A DNA stretch of 64,000 nucleotides from Candidatus Eremiobacteria bacterium. GTDB taxonomy: Bacteria; Vulcanimicrobiota; Vulcanimicrobiia; Vulcanimicrobiales; Vulcanimicrobiaceae. The notes under the pieces are model-generated. The model worked only from the letters and a program-made list of their open reading frames with translations. It was not told the origin of the DNA and did no database searches. This document shows, piece by piece, positions 57,113 through 64,000 of this stretch (positions are counted from its first letter, which is position 1; every line of letters starts with the position of its first letter). The position numbers and the translations under genes are program-made. The stretch spans positions 704,001-768,000 of the forward strand of contig CAVWUU010000001.1 in assembly GCA_963758295.1 (NCBI GenBank). The letters are read 5' to 3'.

Positions 57113-57248
57113 CGTCATCCTAAGCTTGTCGAAGGACAGACGCCTATCACCCCATGCTTTTATAGACGACACGAGAGCCGCAAGTTTCGCGGCTCTCACC
57201 TTTTGCAGTGCCTGGATGCCCCCGTCCTTCGACACGCTCAGGATGACG
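57113..57248. repeat. REP-like 25-bp inverted repeat pair enclosing a second hairpin
   Basis: 57113-37 CGTCATCCTAAGCTTGTCGAAGGAC versus reverse complement of 57224-48 (23/25 match); inner stem 57173-81/57189-97. Confidence 0.75.
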
Positions 57249-58746
57249 AAGGTGCTGTCTGCGTGAGCGCAATGGCGTCGCAGAAGGCTTTGTTCCAAGC
57301 GGCTTCGACTCGTTCGGCGGTCGGCTTCTCCACGACCGACGCGACGCATCCGTCGGGTCGTACGACCAGGACCGCGGGAACTTTCAGATGCCAGCGCTTC
57401 GGCGGTACCGGGACGGCTATATGCGGAAGGCTAGTCGTAAAATCGCCTGAGACCACCAACGCGGCGTCGCCGCGCCGCCGTTCGTTGATCCGCGTTCCGT
57501 CTGCGAGCAGCAGATCGTCGATGCGCCTGCCGGCAAGCGGATGATGATTGTCTACGATCGGCGATTTCGTGTAGCGTCCGCCGAGCATGCTCATCGCCCG
57601 GCAGAGCTTGCGTTGCATTCCGCGGCCCCGCACTGCTCGTGACACCGTGCGCACGACGAGCTGTCTCGTTCGCGCGGAAAATCCGAGCCCCACACGCGTA
57701 AGGCGATCGGTATACCGTTCGATGGTGTCGGTCACCATCTCGCGGCGTTCTATATCGTAACTTTCCCACAGCGCCGCGCCGTCACCGCGCCCGCCGAGCG
57801 CGTAGGCGACTTTCCATGCGAGGTTGGCCGCGTCTTGAATGCCGGCGTTCATGCCCTGGCCGCCTGCCGGACTGTTCACGTGCGCGGCGTCGCCGGCGAG
57901 CGCGACTCGTCCAACGATGAATCGTTGCGCTTGACGCCGGTGAATCTTGAAAAGACTTTTCCAAATCGTCGTCGTCTGAACGTCTCCGCCAAAAAGCTCG
58001 CGAAGACGAACGCGGTGCGTTTCTTCCGAGAGTGTCGATTCGTCGAGCTCCTCGCTGCCGACCGATGCAATAATACGCCATAAATTCGGCGCAAATCGCA
58101 CCGCGGCGCGAATTCCGGGCCGATCGAGGCGCGCGCGCATCCGCACGCCGTCAGGACAATCGCCCTCGATGCGTTCGTCGCTCAACACGATGCGCGAATC
58201 GTACGTGACTCCTTCGAGCGACATGCCGATAGCGGAGCGTACGATACCCTGGGCACCGTCGCAGCCGACGACGTACCGAGCTTCCAACGCGCCGTCGCCT
58301 GTCGCATTCGTGAAGGTGACCCGTGCGCTCTCCTCGCTCTGCTTGATGCCGGTCGCTTCGACTCCGGTGCGTAGCTCGCACAACGGACTCGCATTGACTA
58401 GCTCGCGCAACACACGTTCGGTTTCATTCTGCGGAAGAATCAGCATTCCGGGCGAATTCACAACTTCGGTAAGAACGTCAAAATCGACGGCAATGAGGTC
58501 GCGTCCCGTGCGCACATTGATTGCGGTAAACTGGGTGACGAACTCCCCGGCTGCTCGCAGCGAATCGTAAACGTTCCAGTCGCGGAGAATTTCGAGCGTG
58601 CGAGGCCAAATCACGAGCGCGCGCGATTCCGGCGCCGGTGCGGCGTTGCGCTCCAACACGATCGAGCGGACTTCGCGGCGCGCCAAACCAAGCGCAAGCG
58701 AAAGCCCGACCGGACCTCCGCCGACGATGATTACCGGTGCGTCCAC
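57238..58746 (-). CDS. FAD-dependent monooxygenase (PheA/TfdB/UbiH-like)
   Basis: IVGGGPVG, VVGCDG, LAGDAAHVNSPAGGQGMNAGIQDA.NLAWK, VRPDG; start GTG 58746. Confidence 0.9.
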   Translation of the reverse strand: MDAPVIIVGGGPVGLSLALGLARREVRSIVLERNAAPAPESRALVIWPRTLEILRDWNVYDSLRAAGEFVTQFTAINVRTGRDLIAVDFDVLTEVVNSPGMLILPQNETERVLRELVNASPLCELRTGVEATGIKQSEESARVTFTNATGDGALEARYVVGCDGAQGIVRSAIGMSLEGVTYDSRIVLSDERIEGDCPDGVRMRARLDRPGIRAAVRFAPNLWRIIASVGSEELDESTLSEETHRVRLRELFGGDVQTTTIWKSLFKIHRRQAQRFIVGRVALAGDAAHVNSPAGGQGMNAGIQDAANLAWKVAYALGGRGDGAALWESYDIERREMVTDTIERYTDRLTRVGLGFSARTRQLVVRTVSRAVRGRGMQRKLCRAMSMLGGRYTKSPIVDNHHPLAGRRIDDLLLADGTRINERRRGDAALVVSGDFTTSLPHIAVPVPPKRWHLKVPAVLVVRPDGCVASVVEKPTAERVEAAWNKAFCDAIALTQTAPSSS

Positions 58747-58764
58747 GCGAAAATTGCCGCTCTC

Positions 58765-59949
58765 ATGTTGCAGGTTGCTTCCCGCCTTTGGCTTCCGTTC
58801 ACTCAGATGCAGTCCTTCGACGCCGCGATGCGTACTTTTGTCGCCGGTGCGGGAACGACGCTCGTCGATTCGCGCGGAAACCGCGTTTACGATGCCGTCA
58901 GTTCCATTTGGACCACGATCCACGGCCACGGGCATCCCGCGATAGTCGATGCCATCGCGAAGCAGGCCGCGGAGCTCGATCACGCAACGACGCTCGGCGC
59001 CAGCAATCCGGTCGCCGAGGAGCTGGCTCAGGAACTTTGCCGCCTCACCGGGCTGGACTACGCTTTCTTTGCGAGCGACGGCGCCAGCGCCATCGAGGCA
59101 TCGCTGAAGATGGCGCTTCAATATTGGCAGCAAGCCGGCGAACCACAGCGCACGCGCTTCGTGCGCCTGGTGAATGCCTATCACGGCGACACGTCCGGCG
59201 CAATGAGTGTCTCGGATATCGCGGTTTTCAAGTCGCGTTTCGGCGCCGTGACGTTCGAAGCCATAGAATACGGCAACGCCGCCGAGCTGCAGGCACCCGA
59301 CGTAGCGGCCGTCATCGTCGAACCCTTGGTTCAGGCCGCCGCCGGCATGCAAGTTGTTCCGGCCGAAGCATATGCTGGACTGCGTGAGATCAAGCCGCTG
59401 TTAATCGTCGACGAAATTGCGACGGGGTTTGGACGCACCGGCACAATGTTCGCCTTCGAGCAGCTCGGGCTGGCGCCGGATTTATTGTGCGTGGGAAAAG
59501 GCCTTACCGGCGGAGCGCTCGCGCTTTCCGCGACGCTTGCGACCCAGCGAATTTACGATGCGTTTCTTGGCCCTTTCGAAGATCGCAAGCAATTCTTTCA
59601 CGGCCATTCCTATGCCGGTAACCCAATCGCGTGCGCTGCGGCTCTCGCATCGTTACGGCTCTTCGAAGCCGAGCACACACTAGAAAACGCGCGCGTTATC
59701 GGCGATCGTATCGCCGTGCAACTCGAAGTGCTTCGCGCGCACCGGTTGGTTCGCAGCGTGCGCGCTGCGGGAGCGATGGCGGGTATCGAAGTCGTCGAGG
59801 ACGGATGGCGGATCGCAAACGGGCTCTACGAGCGAGGGCATTTTACGCGGCCAATCGGTAACGTTATTCAGTTTGTGCCTCCGCTTTCTTCCAGCCTAAA
59901 CGAAGTCGACGATTTCTTCGGTGCATTGGGTGCGGAGCTCGGCGCATGA
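58765..59949 (+). CDS. bioA: 7,8-diaminopelargonate aminotransferase
   Basis: WLPFTQM, SSIW...HGH, YHGDT, DEIATGFGRTG, GKGLTGG, FFHGHSYAGNP. Confidence 0.93.
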   Translation: MLQVASRLWLPFTQMQSFDAAMRTFVAGAGTTLVDSRGNRVYDAVSSIWTTIHGHGHPAIVDAIAKQAAELDHATTLGASNPVAEELAQELCRLTGLDYAFFASDGASAIEASLKMALQYWQQAGEPQRTRFVRLVNAYHGDTSGAMSVSDIAVFKSRFGAVTFEAIEYGNAAELQAPDVAAVIVEPLVQAAAGMQVVPAEAYAGLREIKPLLIVDEIATGFGRTGTMFAFEQLGLAPDLLCVGKGLTGGALALSATLATQRIYDAFLGPFEDRKQFFHGHSYAGNPIACAAALASLRLFEAEHTLENARVIGDRIAVQLEVLRAHRLVRSVRAAGAMAGIEVVEDGWRIANGLYERGHFTRPIGNVIQFVPPLSSSLNEVDDFFGALGAELGA

Positions 59950-61046
59950 GCTACTTGGAACGCCTCGAATCCGCGATCGGCGAAATTCGCGCGGAAAATC
60001 GGTACCGCACTCTTCCGATGCGTCAGCTCACGGGTGCAATCGATTTCTCTTCTAACGATTATTTAGCGCTCTCCACCGATTCGCGCGTTCTGCAGGCCTT
60101 CCGCTATGCTACGCGTGCCGGTTCCGGCGGCGCGAGGCTCCTGGGCGGCCGGCACCGCGAACACTCCTTACTTGAAGAAGAACTCGCAGCGTGGCTGGGG
60201 CGGGAGCGCGCCCTGTTGTTTTCGTCCGGGTACATGGCGGCGATGGGCGCAATTCCCGTTCTCGCTCGAACCGTAGAGGCGATTTATTCCGACGCCCTCA
60301 ATCATGCCTCACTCATCGACGGCATCCGCATGTCGCACGTGCCGCGAACAATCTATCCGCACGCAGCCCTGCCGCCGCGGGAAGAGCGCGTGCATCCGGC
60401 GCTTATCGTGACCGAGTCGATCTTCAGCATGGATGGCGACGCGGTCGATGTCGCGGCCATCTTGCGCGATCTCGGGCCGGACGATGTGCTCCTCGTCGAT
60501 GAAGCACATGCGCTGGGCGTCGTTGGGCCCGAAGGCGCCGGATCTGCTCGGACGTTGGACGATCCGCGCGTCGTAATCTTCGGGACCCTTTCGAAGTCTT
60601 TCGGGTCACAAGGCGGGTTCATCGCCGGACCGGCGGTGCTGATCGAGCTGCTGATCAACGCGGCGCGTACGTTCATCTTCGACACGGCATTACCGCCGGC
60701 CGTCGCGCTCGCGGCGCGCGTTGCACTTACGATAATGCGCAAAGATGAAGAACGGCGGCGGCAACTGCATGCCAACGTGCGACATCTGCGCAACGGATTG
60801 CGTTCCATCGGCCTTTCGGCGATCGACGATCCGTCGCCCATCGTGCCCGTCGTCCTTGGGAGCGAAGAACGCGCGATGCACGTCTCCGCCAAACTCCTGA
60901 AGCGCAAGCTGTACGCGCCGGCCGTGCGGCCGCCGACGGTGCCGCCCGGATCGTCGCGGCTGCGGTGCTCGCTGCGGTCGGACCAGATTCTCGAACAACT
61001 CGATTTGCTTGTTGCGGGGATCGCGGAATGCATCGCTACTTCATAA
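59946..61046 (+). CDS. bioF: 8-amino-7-oxononanoate synthase
   Basis: FSSNDYL, LNHASLIDG, FSMDGD, DEAHA, GTLSKS, RPPTVP.G.SRLR. Confidence 0.94.
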   Translation: MSYLERLESAIGEIRAENRYRTLPMRQLTGAIDFSSNDYLALSTDSRVLQAFRYATRAGSGGARLLGGRHREHSLLEEELAAWLGRERALLFSSGYMAAMGAIPVLARTVEAIYSDALNHASLIDGIRMSHVPRTIYPHAALPPREERVHPALIVTESIFSMDGDAVDVAAILRDLGPDDVLLVDEAHALGVVGPEGAGSARTLDDPRVVIFGTLSKSFGSQGGFIAGPAVLIELLINAARTFIFDTALPPAVALAARVALTIMRKDEERRRQLHANVRHLRNGLRSIGLSAIDDPSPIVPVVLGSEERAMHVSAKLLKRKLYAPAVRPPTVPPGSSRLRCSLRSDQILEQLDLLVAGIAECIATS

Positions 61047-61672
61047 CCGGCACGGACACCGACGTCGGAAAAACACGCGTTACGGCGGCGCTGGGTTTAG
61101 CTTTGAAGCGCGCCGGCAGATCGCCGGCAATCGTGAAGGCGGTGCAAACAGGGCTGCCGCCCGGCATAGCGGGCGACGCGGCGCGCGCGGGGAAACTCGC
61201 CGGCGTGCGGTTCGTGGAACTCGCTCGCTATGAGAAGCCGGCCGATCCGTGGTCGGCAGCGGTTGCGGGCGGACACCCGGAAGTGCACGCGCGCGATCTC
61301 GCGGACGCGATCCTCTCGGTGCCCGACGTCATCGTCGAAGGCGCGGGCGGCATCATGGTTCAGCTCAATTCGCGCGAACACTTCGGGCATCTCGCGCAGA
61401 TGGCAAAGCTCGATACGATCATCGTCGTGGGCTTGCGACTCGGCTGCTTGAACCATGCGATGCTCACGCTCTCGAAATGCCGCCAGATGGAGCTCCCGGT
61501 TGCGGGTGCGGTCCTCGTCGAGCGCTGGGGCCCAACCGATGCGGCATATCGCGAAGACGTGGCGCGCACATTGCAGGGAAAGCTGAAGATTTTTGGCATT
61601 GTGCCGTTTTCCGCAGACGAGGCAACCTCCACGGAGCAAGCTTCGCGGCTCTTTGACGACTTGGCGAGGTAA
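61028..61672 (+). CDS. bioD: dethiobiotin synthase
   Basis: FITGTDTDVGKT, K.VQTG, VEGAGG, LGCLNH. Confidence 0.94.
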   Translation: MHRYFITGTDTDVGKTRVTAALGLALKRAGRSPAIVKAVQTGLPPGIAGDAARAGKLAGVRFVELARYEKPADPWSAAVAGGHPEVHARDLADAILSVPDVIVEGAGGIMVQLNSREHFGHLAQMAKLDTIIVVGLRLGCLNHAMLTLSKCRQMELPVAGAVLVERWGPTDAAYREDVARTLQGKLKIFGIVPFSADEATSTEQASRLFDDLAR

Positions 61673-61682
61673 AGCGAACCCG

Positions 61683-62666
61683 GTGTCCCACCCGACGATC
61701 GATTTAGCGCGCGAACGCGTTCTCGAGAAAAAGCTTCCGGCCGACCGCGAGCTGCTCGAAGCACTCATGCAACTGCCGTCGAGCGACGTGCCCGACCTTT
61801 TGACGCTCGCCGATTCGGTACGCGAGGCGTACTGCGGGAACGAGATCGCCGTGGAAGTGTTGTACAACGCCAAAAAGGGCGGCTGTTCTGAAGATTGCCA
61901 CTTCTGCTCGCAGAGCGCGCGCTTTGCCAGCGACGTCGAGGCCGAGCCGTTCTCGAGCGTCGAAGGTTTTATTCAGGCTGCGCGTGACGCCCACGCCCGC
62001 GGTGCCGGTGAATTCTGTATCGTCGTTGCGGTGCGCGGTCCGTCGACAAAGCTGCTGGAACGCGTCTGCGAAGCCGTCGTCAAAATCAAGGCTGAGTTGC
62101 CGCTGACCGTTGCCGTCTCGCTCGGAATACTCACGGACGCGCAGCTAGCGCGGTTGGTGCAAGCCGGCGTCGACAAAGTCAACCACAACCTCGAAACATC
62201 GCGCCGGTATTTCCCGTCCGTGTGCACAACGCACACGTTCGACGAACGTTGGGAGACGTTGCAGCTCGTTCGTAAGCACGGCTTGGAGATCTGCTGCGGC
62301 GGCATCATCGGCATGGGCGAAACCAACGATGACCGCATCGATTTCCTATGCACGCTGCAAATGCTCGAGCCGGCCGAAGTGCCTATCAACTTTCTCAATC
62401 CGCGTCCCGGCACGCCGTTCCAGGATTGCTCGCTCGTGGAACCGGTCGAAGCGTTGCGCTTCGTAGCGATGGCGCGGTTGGCCATGCCCGAAGCGCTCGT
62501 GCGTTTCGCGGGCGGCCGTGAGATCACGCTGCAAGGTCTGCAAGACCTTGGAATGCGCAGCGGCGCGAGCGGAATCGTGCTTGGAAATTACTTAACGACC
62601 AACGGCCGCGTTGACGAAGACGATTTCGCGATGCTGAACCGCCTGGGCTTCGAAGTGATGGCGTAG
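61683..62666 (+). CDS. bioB: biotin synthase
   Basis: CSEDCHFCSQS, NHNLET, CCGGIIGMGE, VPINFL, RFAGGR, GNYLTT. Confidence 0.96.
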   Translation: MSHPTIDLARERVLEKKLPADRELLEALMQLPSSDVPDLLTLADSVREAYCGNEIAVEVLYNAKKGGCSEDCHFCSQSARFASDVEAEPFSSVEGFIQAARDAHARGAGEFCIVVAVRGPSTKLLERVCEAVVKIKAELPLTVAVSLGILTDAQLARLVQAGVDKVNHNLETSRRYFPSVCTTHTFDERWETLQLVRKHGLEICCGGIIGMGETNDDRIDFLCTLQMLEPAEVPINFLNPRPGTPFQDCSLVEPVEALRFVAMARLAMPEALVRFAGGREITLQGLQDLGMRSGASGIVLGNYLTTNGRVDEDDFAMLNRLGFEVMA

Positions 62667-62680
62667 CCGCAGTAAAGCTC

Positions 62681-64000
62681 GTGGACCAATCTAAAACGCC
62701 CTATTTCTCGGCGCTGCTCGAGTACGTCGACTCGGGCGTGCAGCCGTTTCATACTCCCGGCCACATGCAAGGCCACGGCGCCGACCGCGCGTTCCGTGAA
62801 TTCGTCGGCGACAACATCCTTGCGATCGATCTAACGCCGATGCCGGGCATCGACGACCTCTTGCAGCCGATGGAGTCCATAAAAGAAGCGCAAGAGCTTG
62901 CGGCCGAAGCCTACGGCGCCGATCGCACGTTCTTTTTGGTGAACGGGTCGACCAGCGGCAATCAATGCATGATGATGACCGCGGTCAATCCCGGCGAGAA
63001 GATCGCCGTGCCGCGCAATTCTCATAAATCGATGCTTGGCGGTCTTGTCATGAGCGGCGCGCACCCGATCTACATGCAGCCGGCCGTCGATCAAGAGATG
63101 CACATGGACAACAGCGTCACGCCGGAGATCGTCGCGCGCACGCTGGAAGAGCATCCGGATCTCAAAGCTATGTATATCGTTTCGCCCACGTATTATGGCG
63201 TCGCGGCGGATCTCGTCGCGATCGAACGCATCGTCCACGACGCCGGAAAGCTCTTACTGGTCGACGAGGCGTGGGGACCGCATTTCCACTTCCATCCGGC
63301 CCTCCCGATTTCTGCGACGGCGGCGGGCGCAGATATGTGCATTAACTCGACCCATAAAATGCTTTCGGCCTTTTCGCAATGCGCGATGCTCCATCAAATC
63401 GGCGATCGCGTCCGGGTCGACCGGTTGAAAGCCGTCCTCAAGATGTTTCTTTCGACGTCGCCGAATTTGCCGATGGTCGCATCGCTGGACGTCGCGCGCA
63501 TGCAGATGGCCACCGACGGTGCGGCGTTGCTTTCGAAAACGATCGATCTCGCCGAAGAAGTCCGGCGTCGCTTGAATGACGTCGAAGGCGTGTACTGTTT
63601 CGGCGAAGAGCTGCAAGGGCGCGAAGGCGTCTTCGATCTCGATCCCACCAAAGTGACGGTTCGCGTTAGCGGCTTGGGATACACGGGGTACGAAGCCTCC
63701 GACATTCTGCGCCGCCGTTACAACATCCAAGTAGAACTTGCCGATTTGTTCAACGTCGTTGCGCTCTTTACGATCGGCACAACGCGTGACGCCGCCGAAC
63801 GTTTCGTCACCGCGTTCGAAGAGCTGGCGCGTGACGATCGGCCCGTCGATATGTTTGCGCCGTCGGGCATTCTGGAACAACGATTGAATCGCGGCACTTA
63901 CCATCTCCCGGCGATTCCGCCGATGCGCATGCTTCCACGCGACGCGTTTCTCGCCGACACAGAATTCGTGCCGTTCAAAGATTCGGCCGGACGCATTTGC
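62681..64000 (+). CDS. Orn/Lys/Arg decarboxylase (PLP fold I, Bacillus SpeA/YaaO-like), runs off the window
   Basis: Read by hand from GTG 62681: PFHTPGH, FFLVNGSTSG, PRNSHKS, LVDEAWG, STHK, STSP, DPTK; absent from the ORF track because it has no stop in the window. Confidence 0.9.
   Translation, partial: MDQSKTPYFSALLEYVDSGVQPFHTPGHMQGHGADRAFREFVGDNILAIDLTPMPGIDDLLQPMESIKEAQELAAEAYGADRTFFLVNGSTSGNQCMMMTAVNPGEKIAVPRNSHKSMLGGLVMSGAHPIYMQPAVDQEMHMDNSVTPEIVARTLEEHPDLKAMYIVSPTYYGVAADLVAIERIVHDAGKLLLVDEAWGPHFHFHPALPISATAAGADMCINSTHKMLSAFSQCAMLHQIGDRVRVDRLKAVLKMFLSTSPNLPMVASLDVARMQMATDGAALLSKTIDLAEEVRRRLNDVEGVYCFGEELQGREGVFDLDPTKVTVRVSGLGYTGYEASDILRRRYNIQVELADLFNVVALFTIGTTRDAAERFVTAFEELARDDRPVDMFAPSGILEQRLNRGTYHLPAIPPMRMLPRDAFLADTEFVPFKDSAGRIC

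Noticed and set aside
57238..59352. Long N-terminal extensions in the ORF track (monooxygenase, TopIB to 39531, nuclease to 48920)
   Set aside because: They overlap bioA, NUDIX and ubiX on the opposite strand and lack family motifs

Overview
GC-rich bacterial chromosome segment densely packed with mostly core genes. I saw no CRISPR array, tRNA/rRNA, transposase or prophage. Contents in order: comM-like ATPase, a ribose-type ABC transporter, a Ser/Thr kinase-APC permease-USP unit, the trmD-rplS-(lepB x3)-rbgA-rnhB-yraN run, rplU-prp (no rpmA), sufB, a PAS/GAF-PP2C-HATPase protein, speD-speE, gcvT-H-PA-PB, topoisomerase IB, a NUDIX-scpA-scpB-nfo-dinB operon facing a split nuclease/helicase/GNAT operon, ispE, a glycosidase-GalT pair, pdxST, an HNH nuclease followed by a REP-like inverted repeat, bioAFDB and a partial Arg/Lys/Orn decarboxylase. 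Bacillota-like gene content at high GC plus a LolA-like gene suggests a Terrabacteria lineage such as Ca. Eremiobacterota (inference only). Several genes between about 5.4 and 24.8 kb carry single-base insertions that look like long-read errors. Best leads: a ~200-nt structured leader before speD; a stand-alone Fe-S PD-(D/E)XK nuclease plus degenerate UvrD helicase plus Eis-like GNAT operon; three intact tandem signal peptidases, one apparently starting at CUG; structured leaders before rplS and pdxS; Prp without L27; and recurrent leaderless-type promoters. All product calls come from motif recognition by eye, not database searches.
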